Below are positions 1 through 8,634 of a DNA stretch of 64,000 bases, piece by piece. The first letter of the stretch is position 1. The number at the start of each line of letters is the position of its first letter. The notes beneath the pieces are model-generated. The model saw nothing but the letters and a program-made list of their open reading frames with translations, was not told the origin of the DNA and did no database searches. The stretch lies in assembly GCA_021817785.1 (NCBI GenBank), contig JAKAFY010000003.1, positions 4,376 to 68,375 on the forward strand. Direction: 5' to 3'. The stretch comes from a bacterium (lineage in GTDB: Bacteria; Patescibacteriota; Microgenomatia; UBA10105; UBA927). A program made the translations under genes and the position numbers.

Positions 1-401
1 CGCGGTTTCAACAAACGCAGGACGTTTTTGCCGACCGGTGCCAGATCCGCCACGTACTGCAGCACCATAGTGGCAATGACGATATCGGCAATACCCGCAT
101 CCAACGGCAGGGATTGTGTGATATCGGCGGCAACAAATCGGGCAGATAGATCGGTCGTGCGAACTGCGGCTTTCGACAACAGCGTTTTCGCATTGTCGAC
201 TCCTATGTATGTCGTACCCGGAATGAGTTTGTGAAACAGATATCCATTGCCGCACCCCACGTCAACGACGTTTTTATCCGACGTGTTGCCGGTATACCGG
301 GCGATAAGCGGATCGATACAGGCAATATGTAGCGCGTCTCCGCCGCTGCCCACACCGTCATCAAATATATCTGCATACTGATCCCATTGATTTTGGCTCA
401 T
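1..401 (-). CDS. class I SAM-dependent methyltransferase (N-terminal part; gene runs off the window start)
   Basis: Reverse-strand translation from ATG at 401 gives MSQNQWDQYADIFDDGV...VVDVGCGNGYLFHKL with the Gly-rich SAM-binding motif I; no in-window stop; not listed in the ORF track because it is truncated. Confidence 0.6.
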   Translation of the reverse strand, partial: MSQNQWDQYADIFDDGVGSGGDALHIACIDPLIARYTGNTSDKNVVDVGCGNGYLFHKLIPGTTYIGVDNAKTLLSKAAVRTTDLSARFVAADITQSLPLDAGIADIVIATMVLQYVADLAPVGKNVLRLLKP

Positions 402-405
402 GTGG

Positions 406-1824
406 TTAGTCCAGTGCCGTCGTGTTTACACCGGAGGCAAAGTCGATGTCCGGGAACTGATGCAGGATCGTATTGACCTGTTTTTTGAGTACGTCGTACG
501 CTTCCTGCGTTTTGCCCTCAAATTTCACCGTAAGATACGGTCCGTTTTGACTCGCGCGCACGATCATCATTTCTTTTTCCGTATCCATGCGCACGCCGTC
601 GATCTCCACATAGGTTGCCGTAGGATACAGTTTTTTTATCTCGGCGCCGATGTGATCGGACACCAGCGCAAATTTGACCGCATCCGGGCACCCCACTTTT
701 ATTTCCGGACTGGAGACATATTTGGGCAGCTCGTCTACCGCTTCCGCCAGCGATTTGTCCACGCGGGTAAGATACGCCAACAACCGCAGACTGGCGATGG
801 CTCCGTCGTCATGCCCGTAAAAATTATCGACAAAATAAATGTGTCCGGAAAGCTCGCCGCCGAACGGCGCGTGTTCTTCGTGTACTTTGGCTTTGATAAA
901 CGAATGCCCGGTCTTCCACATAATCGCCTTCCCGCCTGCGTCACGGACCACGTCGGACACAATCTTCGAGCACAACGTATTAAAAACAATTTTCGATCCC
1001 GGCAGCGATGCGATAACGTCTTTGGCAAAGAGCGCTACCAACACGTCATTCCAAATCATGCGGCCGGTGCCGTCCACGATACCGATACGATCGCCGTCGC
1101 AGTCATAGGAAAACCCGAGATCCGCTTTGGCTTTGAGTACGCCGTCAGCCAGGCGCTGCTGCACCTCGTGTTCGGTGGGATCCGGCGTACCGACCGGAAA
1201 ATTGCCGTCGGGCGTGGTATTTTGTTCGATGACTTCGCAGCCTACCGAGCGCAATATGTCCGGAAGATATATTCCGGTGGTGGCCGCACACGAATCCACG
1301 ACAACTTTAAACCGCTTTATGGGATCAATGCGGCGCTTCAGATCGTCTATATAGTCCTGCTTGATATCTTTCTGGATGACGACGCCCTTGGGAGACCGCG
1401 TCACGAATGCGCCGCGTTTGACCAGCTCGCGGAACTCTACGATGTCTTCCGTCAGCATGGTTTCGGAATACCCGGTACCAAATTTAAACCCGTTGTATTC
1501 CTTGGGGTTATGGGATGCGGTAATCATGATCATGCCGCGCGTGCGGAAATAGTAGCACGCAAAATAGGCAATCTGGGAAAGCGTCATGCCGATGTCATAG
1601 ACGGTAATCCCCGCGTCCGTCAATTCTTTAGCCATGATATCCCGGAAATGCGGGCTCGACAGGCGGCAATCGTAGCCTACGACGCAGTCGTATATACGCC
1701 GCTCCAAAAGCCACGTGGCATACCCTTTTCCCAAAAGCGATACGGCTTCATCGTTTAATTCGGTACCGACTAACCCGCGCAGGTCATATCCACGAAACAC
1801 ATGATCCGGAATGGTTGTTGCCAT
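406..1824 (-). CDS. phosphoglucomutase/phosphomannomutase family (alpha-D-phosphohexomutase)
   Basis: 472 aa; active-site loop TASHNP and surrounding PGM/PMM motifs. Confidence 0.85.
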   Translation of the reverse strand: MATTIPDHVFRGYDLRGLVGTELNDEAVSLLGKGYATWLLERRIYDCVVGYDCRLSSPHFRDIMAKELTDAGITVYDIGMTLSQIAYFACYYFRTRGMIMITASHNPKEYNGFKFGTGYSETMLTEDIVEFRELVKRGAFVTRSPKGVVIQKDIKQDYIDDLKRRIDPIKRFKVVVDSCAATTGIYLPDILRSVGCEVIEQNTTPDGNFPVGTPDPTEHEVQQRLADGVLKAKADLGFSYDCDGDRIGIVDGTGRMIWNDVLVALFAKDVIASLPGSKIVFNTLCSKIVSDVVRDAGGKAIMWKTGHSFIKAKVHEEHAPFGGELSGHIYFVDNFYGHDDGAIASLRLLAYLTRVDKSLAEAVDELPKYVSSPEIKVGCPDAVKFALVSDHIGAEIKKLYPTATYVEIDGVRMDTEKEMMIVRASQNGPYLTVKFEGKTQEAYDVLKKQVNTILHQFPDIDFASGVNTTALD

Positions 1825-1833
1825 AGGCCTCCT

Positions 1834-2520
1834 TTATAAAGAAACACAAAACTGTTCTATGAGTTGGGCAAGGGAAAATGGGGTAGCGCCTGTTTTGATA
1901 CTGATATCCATATCGAGTAACTTCGTGTGCATGCTGACAAGTTCATCCATGGTAAATAATCGGGCTTGTGCTGTCAAGCGTGCGGCCTGCCACGGCGCCA
2001 ATCCGTCGGGCGTGACATGGTCGGCCGCTTGAATGAGCTGGCGCACGCGGCGCACGAGCAGTGTATACGAGATCTCCGCAGGCTGGCTTGCTGCGACTTT
2101 GCGAAACAGCGGCACGAGGGTGGCTGCTGATTTCGGACGCAGTCCATCCAAAAACTGGAAGATGATGGTCGGTGTTTTAAACGTGCGTACGGTCGCGCCA
2201 CCCAGTGTTTTGACCACGGAAGCGGTGAGTTCTTTATCTTCCCATAAAATCACGTCATTGGCGTTTGCCGCGTTGAGCAATATGGCAGACAGCGCCCCGA
2301 TTTTTTTGATCTGACGGCCTAGTTTCCCGAATAGGTTTTCTATGACGACCAGTGTATCCCCACCGAACAATGATGACGATTCCATGGCCTGCACCAGCTG
2401 GCTGGGTTCGATGGATCTGCCGGACAGCTGCCGGATTTCTTTGCCTTTAGCAACGCCGATCATGCGCAGAAGTTCCGCGCGGGACGCATCGATATTATCG
2501 CCGTGCAACAATATAATCAT
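1834..2520 (-). CDS. holA: DNA polymerase III delta subunit-like (HolA)
   Basis: 228 aa; N-terminal LLHGDN...SLFGG...LVVIENL pattern resembles the delta N-terminal domain; weak similarity by eye only. Confidence 0.45.
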   Translation of the reverse strand: MIILLHGDNIDASRAELLRMIGVAKGKEIRQLSGRSIEPSQLVQAMESSSLFGGDTLVVIENLFGKLGRQIKKIGALSAILLNAANANDVILWEDKELTASVVKTLGGATVRTFKTPTIIFQFLDGLRPKSAATLVPLFRKVAASQPAEISYTLLVRRVRQLIQAADHVTPDGLAPWQAARLTAQARLFTMDELVSMHTKLLDMDISIKTGATPFSLAQLIEQFCVSL

Positions 2521-2522
2521 AG

Positions 2523-2900
2523 CTATATCGAATCTTTATATTTCCGAAACAATACCTCTACGGTGCGACTGTCTATCCTGGCGTGTCTTCCCCGGTGGGG
2601 GACCAGTGCCCCGGAAAAATTTTTGGGGATGTGCATGAGCTCATGGATGATGACCCGCGTTTTATCATCGTCCGACAAATGGTCAAAATGCTGGGAAAGC
2701 ACCTCGATGACATAATGGGCAGGCAGATCGAGCGCCATCTGCCAGATTTTGGGGAAACTCCAGATACGCGCGCGTGCGCGGCTGGTCGCATGGGTGCTGC
2801 GCATACAGACAATGCGGGATGCCGTGACCTGATCAAACAGGTTGGTCCGCAGAATATTTTTCATGATCTTCTGTACGTCAGGCGCCGGAGCTATATCCAT
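2523..2900 (-). CDS. putative HExxH zinc metallopeptidase-like protein (SprT/YgjP-like)
   Basis: 125 aa with IIHELMHIPKNFSGALVPHR zincin-like motif. Confidence 0.4.
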   Translation of the reverse strand: MDIAPAPDVQKIMKNILRTNLFDQVTASRIVCMRSTHATSRARARIWSFPKIWQMALDLPAHYVIEVLSQHFDHLSDDDKTRVIIHELMHIPKNFSGALVPHRGRHARIDSRTVEVLFRKYKDSI

Positions 2901-2909
2901 ACAGATATA

Positions 2910-3356
2910 TTATGACAGCGTTCGGAGAATTTTGTCGACCTCGGAAAGGAGCGGCCGGTTGGACGTAGGATAGCCGATCAGCGTCATGGCCTGTGCAAAG
3001 GGTACCCAGCAGGCTTCCGTGATTCCTTCTTCCGTCTGCACGACCGGAACGGCTCGCGTAGGCGACATGTACAAAAAGAAATGCACGGTTTTTTTGATAG
3101 AGCCGTCACGAAAATAATAGTATTTGTTCGGAGTCAGCGTGGCCACATAGGACAATCCGTCTATATGCACTTCTTCCTGTATCTCCCGGACGGCTGCTGC
3201 CCGGTGGGTCTCCCCTTTTTCTATTTTCCCCTTCGGGAACGTCCAGTTGCCCCCGCGGTCTTTCATCAGAAGCACCCACCAGCCGGCACCTACTTTCGAT
3301 ACGATGATGCCGCCTGCGGAGGTTTCTGTTTTTGCCCGTGTGGTTGGATTTTTCAT
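2910..3356 (-). CDS. NUDIX hydrolase
   Basis: Nudix box GKIEKGETHRAAAVREIQEEVHI. Confidence 0.8.
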   Translation of the reverse strand: MKNPTTRAKTETSAGGIIVSKVGAGWWVLLMKDRGGNWTFPKGKIEKGETHRAAAVREIQEEVHIDGLSYVATLTPNKYYYFRDGSIKKTVHFFLYMSPTRAVPVVQTEEGITEACWVPFAQAMTLIGYPTSNRPLLSEVDKILRTLS

Positions 3357-4534
3357 TTTTTTAAATACTGTTTGCCTTTGAGCTTGTCCGGTAGCAGACT
3401 GTCGTTGCCGTATGCGTGGTATCCTTTTCCATAGTCCAGTTCCTTCATCAGTTTTGTCGGTGCGTTTCTGATGATAAGCGGTATAGGAAGGTTCCCGTGC
3501 TTTTTTACGTCGTCTACTGCCGCAAAGTATGCATCATAGGCACTCCGGTCTTTTTTCGCAAGGGACAGATACGCGACCCCGTGGGCTAAATTTTCCTGGC
3601 ACTCGGGATAGCCGATTTTGTTACACGCATCAAACACTGCGTTGGCAACGACCAGTGCGGTAGGTTGCGCGAGCCCTATGTCTTCACTGGCAAACACTAC
3701 CATACGCCGCGCGATAAACAACGGATCTTCACCGGCTGCTACCATACGCGCCAGATAGTAGAGTGCCGCATCAGGGTCGCTTGCCCGCATGCTTTTGATG
3801 AACGCGCTGATCGTATTGTAGTGTTCCTCCCCTGTGCGGTCGTACTGGAGCATTTTCCGCTGGGCTGCTTCTTCTACATCTGCTGCCGTAAGCTTTTTGC
3901 TTTTCGTGAGGGTTGCCGCTATTTCGAGTGTCGTCAGTAACGCACGCGCATCTCCGTTGGCTATTTCAAAAAGAAATTGCGCTCCCTCTTTGTCTATCGT
4001 TTTTTTGATATAGCCGAGTCCTCGTTGCATGATCTCTTCGAGTTCGGATTGTTCCAACGGCTTTAACACCAGTACCCTACATCGGGATAACAGCGGGGAT
4101 ATGACCTCAAATGACGGGTTTTCTGTGGTGGCACCGATAAAAATCACCGTCCCGTGCTCGACTGCCGGAAGCAGCGCGTCCTGCTGGGCTTTATTAAACC
4201 GGTGGATTTCGTCGATAAACAGGATCGTCCGTTTGCCGTCTCGGGTCGTCCGTTCCTCCGCTTCATGGATGACGCGGCGTACATCCGATAACGTAGACGT
4301 TACCGCTGAATGGGATTCAAAATAACTGTCGGTGAGGGTTGCCAGAAGTTCCGCGAGCGTCGTCTTGCCGCATCCCGGGGGTCCCCACAAAACCAGCGAC
4401 GGCAAAAATCCGGACGCGAGCAGTTTACGGACAATGCCCTGGTCCCCGACAAGGTGCGTTTGTCCTACGACATCGTCTAAGGACGCGGGACGAAGTATAT
4501 CGGCAAGCGGACGGCTGCTTCTTCTGTCTGTCAT
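3353..4534 (-). CDS. rarA: replication-associated recombination protein A (AAA+ ATPase RarA/MgsA)
   Basis: Walker A GPPGCGKTTLA, Walker B ILFIDEIHRFNK, MgsA C-terminal helical domain. Confidence 0.9.
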   Translation of the reverse strand: MTDRRSSRPLADILRPASLDDVVGQTHLVGDQGIVRKLLASGFLPSLVLWGPPGCGKTTLAELLATLTDSYFESHSAVTSTLSDVRRVIHEAEERTTRDGKRTILFIDEIHRFNKAQQDALLPAVEHGTVIFIGATTENPSFEVISPLLSRCRVLVLKPLEQSELEEIMQRGLGYIKKTIDKEGAQFLFEIANGDARALLTTLEIAATLTKSKKLTAADVEEAAQRKMLQYDRTGEEHYNTISAFIKSMRASDPDAALYYLARMVAAGEDPLFIARRMVVFASEDIGLAQPTALVVANAVFDACNKIGYPECQENLAHGVAYLSLAKKDRSAYDAYFAAVDDVKKHGNLPIPLIIRNAPTKLMKELDYGKGYHAYGNDSLLPDKLKGKQYLKK

Positions 4535-4578
4535 CGCTGGTATTTTACCATGCCCGGCAATGCGCCGCCGCCCATGAT

Positions 4579-4593
4579 CAACCCCAGGGGTTG
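4579..4593. repeat. REP-like palindromic unit CAACCCCAGGGGTTG (copy 1 of 5)
   Basis: Exact 15-mer in the rarA-metK intergenic gap; same unit as the copies around the RAYT gene. Confidence 0.7.
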
Positions 4594-4597
4594 AAAA

Positions 4598-5713
4598 CTA
4601 TGAGACAATTTTTTCCCAGGGAAAGCCGGTGCGCCCAAAGTGGCCGTAACGCGCCGTTTCTCGATAGATGGGCCGTCGGAGATTCAATCCTTTTAAAATC
4701 CCCGGCATGGAAAGATCCAGGAGTGACCAGGCGAACGCTTCGATGTCTGCCAATGGCTTTTTTTCCGTGCCAAACGTCTCTATGGCTTTCGCCAACGGCT
4801 CGCGTTGGCCGATGACGTATGCCACCCGTACTTCCGCTCTATCAGCAAGCCCTTTGGCCACTATGTTTTTGGCGATATAGCGGGCAGCATACGCACCGCT
4901 CCGGTCGACTTTGGTGGGGTCTTTACCGGAAAATGCGCCGCCGCCGTGCCGCGCAAACGCGCCATAGGTATCCACAATGATTTTTCTGCCGGTGACACCG
5001 GTATCGGATGCGGGACCGCCGATGGCCCATTTCCCTTTACTACCATTGACGATAACGTTTTCTATGGGTGGAGCTTTCATGTTATATTTCTTCAACACCG
5101 GCTTGACCACTTTTTCGTACAGAGCGACTTTTAATTTCTCGTTGGTCATAGTGGTGTCGTATGGCACGGCCAGCACGATCCGATCTACCGCCACCGGCTT
5201 GTCATTTTCGTAGATTACTTTTACTTCGCTTTTGCCGTCTGGACGCAAAAACGGGAGAATTTTTTTCTCCCGCGCTTCATCCATACGCTCTACCAGACGA
5301 TGGGCCAAAACTAATGGCAGCGGCATATACTCCGGCGTTTCATTGGTGGCGTACCCGAACATCATACCCTGGTCGCCTGCCCCACCGTCATCTACACCCA
5401 CGGCAATATCGGGAGACTGCTGGTGGATGTAGACCGAAATCGGTGATTTATCCGTAAAGTTGTAGATCGACTTGGTGTATCCTAACGACTTGATCGTTTT
5501 CCGGGCGATCACCTCATAATCCAGCTTTTTCTTGCAGGTGACTTCTCCGGCCAACACGATGCGGTTGGTCGTCACCAACGTTTCAACTGCTACACGAGCC
5601 ATGGGGTCTGCCGCAAGCGCCGCGTCTACGATGGCATCGGAAATCTGGTCGCAAATTTTGTCGGGATGGCCGGAAGCTACGGATTCGGATGTAAAATGGG
5701 TGAGTTTTTTCAT
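4598..5713 (-). CDS. metK: S-adenosylmethionine synthetase
   Basis: GHPDKICDQISDAI and other MetK signatures; start placed at ATG (MKKLTHF) preceded by AAGGAGGG RBS. The ORF track extends upstream to a GTG at 5761. Confidence 0.95.
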   Translation of the reverse strand: MKKLTHFTSESVASGHPDKICDQISDAIVDAALAADPMARVAVETLVTTNRIVLAGEVTCKKKLDYEVIARKTIKSLGYTKSIYNFTDKSPISVYIHQQSPDIAVGVDDGGAGDQGMMFGYATNETPEYMPLPLVLAHRLVERMDEAREKKILPFLRPDGKSEVKVIYENDKPVAVDRIVLAVPYDTTMTNEKLKVALYEKVVKPVLKKYNMKAPPIENVIVNGSKGKWAIGGPASDTGVTGRKIIVDTYGAFARHGGGAFSGKDPTKVDRSGAYAARYIAKNIVAKGLADRAEVRVAYVIGQREPLAKAIETFGTEKKPLADIEAFAWSLLDLSMPGILKGLNLRRPIYRETARYGHFGRTGFPWEKIVS

Positions 5714-5732
5714 ATGTTTCCCTCCTTTGGGG

Positions 5733-5826
5733 CAAATCTCAGCCAAAGGCTGATTGTGCACCGTGGTCCGCCTATGGCGGAATCGGTTGCTGGATGTCCG
5801 AGTATATAGGACATCACTCTTGATTT
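5733..5826 (-). ncRNA. candidate SAM riboswitch (SAM-I / SAM-I-IV-like) in the metK 5' leader
   Basis: Minus-strand leader reads AAAUCAAGAGUG-[GAUGUCC..GGACAUC hairpin]-CCAGCAACC-[GAUUCCGCC..GGCGGA hairpin]-GGUGCACAAUC-[AGCC UUUG GCU]-GAGAUUU. It has the SAM-I junction signatures (AUCAAGAG, GCAACC, GGUGC), a P1 closure AAAUC/GAUUU and a 4-helix layout. CCUUUGG in P4 can alternatively pair with CCAAAGG overlapping the AAAGGAGG RBS. The P2 kink-turn is absent, as in SAM-IV. Confidence 0.4.
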
Positions 5827-5837
5827 ATAATTTATCT

Positions 5838-5867
5838 ACATTACTCTGGAAAACTTCTTCGTGTCAA
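5838..5867 (-). promoter_or_regulatory. sigma70-like promoter for metK leader (TTGACA-18-TAATGT)
   Basis: Minus strand reads TTGACAcgaagaagttttccagagTAATGT about 10 nt upstream of the proposed riboswitch 5' end. Confidence 0.35.
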
Positions 5868-6167
5868 GAAGGTAAAATGCCCCGCATGACTCCTGCAATT
5901 GAGGCGGAAAAGATATGTGTTGCACCGTAGAGGTATACTTTCTTTGTATATGCCATTTGCTGACGGCCATGTCGTTAACGCACAAGGAACCCCTGTTGAA
6001 ACAACCGGTGAGGCAATTGCACAAGCACGAGCAGAACGGCCAAGAATCATTTTAGTTCGAGATGGCAAAGGCGTATACAGACTTCCAAAATCAGAACGAG
6101 ACGCGCCTGGGTGTTTGTCTCTACTTTTCCGTTTTGGCCCTTTTGGTCGCAAAGAAAAATAACACAT

Positions 6168-6182
6168 CAACCCCAGGGGTTG
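6168..6182. repeat. REP unit CAACCCCAGGGGTTG (copy 2)
   Basis: Exact copy 90 bp upstream of the RAYT gene. Confidence 0.7.
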
Positions 6183-6243
6183 CACGCCTTGCTATTGTTA
6201 TATATCGTACTGACATATGAAGCTAACAGGTGTAGACTCATAT

Positions 6244-6258
6244 CAACCCCAGGGGTTG
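6244..6258. repeat. REP unit CAACCCCAGGGGTTG (copy 3)
   Basis: Exact copy 14 bp upstream of the RAYT start. Confidence 0.7.
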
Positions 6259-6271
6259 GCTACTATAAGCT

Positions 6272-6901
6272 ATGAGCACGCCGGTTCGATATATTCAGAC
6301 AAACGTACCGTATCATATTTATAATCGGGGCAATCGTAAGTCCGAAATATTCCTGCATCAAAAAGATTATCTGCGATTCCTTGATCACATACGGGAGTAT
6401 AAGCAGCAATATAATGTGCGGATCTATTGCTACTGCCTGATGTCGAACCATTTTCATTTGCTCGCTTCATCCTCCGAAGAATCCGGGCTTACTACTTTTA
6501 TGCTTCGTCTGTCCACGAGTCACGCTAAATACTTCAACATGAAATATCACATGGTAGGCAGGCTGTTCCAAGAGCGTTTCCGCGCCAAGCCAGTTGAGTC
6601 CGACGAATATTTCCTCCATCTTTCCCGGTATATACACTTAAATCCCGTATCCGATGATATCGAAACGCTCACCGCGTTATATACAAAGCCATATGAAGAA
6701 TCCAGCAACGTACGAGCAGCACTTCTGGAATACCCCTGGTCTTCGTATCACGAGTATCGCACGGAATCAGCGGATATATGCGATATACACACCATACTGA
6801 ACTATTTTTCAAAAACACATGCCAATCTCTCGTACACCAATTTCGTCGAATCGAGTATTCCTTCTGAATCCAGCCCTATAGTTAGCAACCCCTGGGGTTG
6901 A
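6272..6901 (+). mobile_element. REP-associated tyrosine transposase (RAYT), IS200/IS605-like Y1 HUH transposase
   Basis: 209 aa; YHIYNRGNRK, HUH motif YCLMSNHFHLL, downstream catalytic Tyr region (YIHLNP); flanked by inverted REP units. The last 5 codons (SNPWG) are encoded by a REP copy. Confidence 0.75.
6886..6900. repeat. REP unit, inverted orientation CAACCCCTGGGGTTG (copy 4)
   Basis: Overlaps the RAYT 3' end. Confidence 0.7.
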
Positions 6902-6937
6902 AATGGATAGTTTGAGATATTTTTATGGCTGGGAAAT

Positions 6938-8275
6938 TCAACCCCTGGGGTTGAGAGGAGTGAAGCCGGCTTTGCCGAAGGCGATGCGGTCGAGGACCCG
7001 CTGTTCCATGTCGAGCATCCGGCCTGGAGTGACGACGAAATTGCCAAACCGATCCGATACCCGGTCTATGGCCGCCGTAAGGCTGCGTTTTTTGTCGTCT
7101 TCCGGAAGAAGCGACAATTGTGCCGCTTCCCGCTCCAGATGATAACTATAGATAGCCAGTATGCGCACGGGATTTTCCGGAGCGGCAGCAAGCATGCGGC
7201 GGTACCATTGGTAAAAGTCCATATCCGCGTAGAGGGCAGCAGACAGTTTTTGCTGCGTATGCCAGTGGGTGTGATCGGCAAACAATAACGATATCCCCAC
7301 TCCGGATGCCGTGCAGCCGTCGTCCCGGAGGCGTTTGCCCATTTTCATGGTAAGCTGCGAAAGAATCTGCCACAGCCGGGGATCTGTCGCTGTATACGAT
7401 TTTGGCAACGCATACGACTGACCGAAGCTCTTCTGAAGCTCTTCCTTTTCATCAAATGTCTTGTACATCACGCCGTCTTCCCACCCGTGAAGCCTCTGCC
7501 ACCAGTGATACCCCACGATCGAATGAAACGCCCGCCCTAACGCTTCCTGCGACGCAGAGAGCATCGCCAACGGCGTGGCTATACCGCCATAGCGCAACCT
7601 GGTTGCGTTTCCTTCCTTGATGCCGCATAAATCTTCCAGCTTGAGTGTGCTAAATACGTCTTCTATGGTTTCCCGGGTGATCCACCGCAGCCCGTCCGGC
7701 TTTTCTAGCCCGGATGCGACTTTGGCCAGATACCGGTTGGGGGCTATCCCTATGGACACCGTAAGCCAGTCTCCGATTTCATCCCGGATGCGTTGCTTTA
7801 TGTCCCTGCCGATGTCCTGCATGGCTGGAATTGTTTTCTGAATCATGAATTCAGAATCAGGAATTATGGGAATATTGTTTCTATATTTTTTTAGACTTCG
7901 ATAGAGCGCTGGCGTATTTTTTACATCCAGCACCATTTCATCGATGGATTCCACGCTGAGCGCATCGGTGTAGCTTCCCAAAAGTGCCGTGAGCTGGTGG
8001 TTGACCAGCCGGTATTTGTCGGGATCCGGCGGCAGAATTATTAACCGGGGATACATAAACTGCCCTTCACGCACGGACATACCGGTTTTGATCCCCAGAC
8101 GTTTGGCTTCTTTGGACGCAGCTAATATGCAGCCGTTGCCCGTAGCATACGCCGCAACGACCAGGGGTTTCCCGCGAAACAACGGATTGGCCTGCTGTTC
8201 TACCGTGGCAAAACAGGAATTCAAATCCACATGCATGACGGTCGGAGGTGCAGGGTTAAATTTCATAATTTTCAA
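6938..8275 (-). CDS. dinB: Y-family DNA polymerase IV
   Basis: MHVDLNSCFATVEQ catalytic N-terminus, UmuC/DinB palm-finger layout, little-finger domain. Confidence 0.9.
   Translation of the reverse strand: MKIMKFNPAPPTVMHVDLNSCFATVEQQANPLFRGKPLVVAAYATGNGCILAASKEAKRLGIKTGMSVREGQFMYPRLIILPPDPDKYRLVNHQLTALLGSYTDALSVESIDEMVLDVKNTPALYRSLKKYRNNIPIIPDSEFMIQKTIPAMQDIGRDIKQRIRDEIGDWLTVSIGIAPNRYLAKVASGLEKPDGLRWITRETIEDVFSTLKLEDLCGIKEGNATRLRYGGIATPLAMLSASQEALGRAFHSIVGYHWWQRLHGWEDGVMYKTFDEKEELQKSFGQSYALPKSYTATDPRLWQILSQLTMKMGKRLRDDGCTASGVGISLLFADHTHWHTQQKLSAALYADMDFYQWYRRMLAAAPENPVRILAIYSYHLEREAAQLSLLPEDDKKRSLTAAIDRVSDRFGNFVVTPGRMLDMEQRVLDRIAFGKAGFTPLNPRG
6939..6953. repeat. REP unit, inverted orientation (copy 5)
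   Basis: Overlaps the dinB stop codon; the dinB C-terminal residues LNPRG are REP-encoded. Confidence 0.7.
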
Positions 8276-8334
8276 TTTTTAATTCGAAATTTTTATTGAA
8301 AATTGATTGCAAATTGAAAATTTTAAATTAGAAA
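8276..8334. repeat. 60-bp pure A/T tract with phased GAAAATT/AATTTTC motifs upstream of dinB
   Basis: aattttcaatttttaattcgaaatttttattgaaaattgattgcaaattgaaaattttaaattagaaattaatttt; about 10-bp phasing suggests intrinsically bent DNA or a UP-element region. Confidence 0.4.
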
Positions 8335-8583
8335 TTAATTTTCTATGTCCATCAATTTCCACCCCAATGTCTCGGCATTCATTTCCAGCCGGAAAAAATT
8401 GATGCCGTCCGTCACCGAAAAGACATGGATAAGGACGCGCCCTTCCCGATACATATGGTGCAGCCCGACCTGCTTGATCTGGTACCGTCTGCCATGCCAG
8501 TAGAGGCCATAAGGAATGATTTTATGTGTGATATGATTACTCCACAGGGTGACGGATACGGGTTCATTAATGGCTTCTGACAT
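8335..8583 (-). CDS. small hypothetical protein (82 aa)
   Basis: In-frame ATG (MSEAINEPVSV...) gives a non-overlapping 82-aa ORF divergent from the GT2 gene; no recognisable motif. Confidence 0.3.
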   Translation of the reverse strand: MSEAINEPVSVTLWSNHITHKIIPYGLYWHGRRYQIKQVGLHHMYREGRVLIHVFSVTDGINFFRLEMNAETLGWKLMDIEN

Positions 8584-8634
8584 AGGACTAAATCCATAAT
8601 AAACCCGAAAATATATATCGTCAACTATATATAA

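Noticed and set aside
5899-6162. 87-codon plus-strand ORF between the metK promoter and the REP units
   Set aside because: Possible small protein (ATG at 5950 gives 71 aa). It has no good RBS or recognisable motif and sits in a repeat-rich spacer. Left uncalled.
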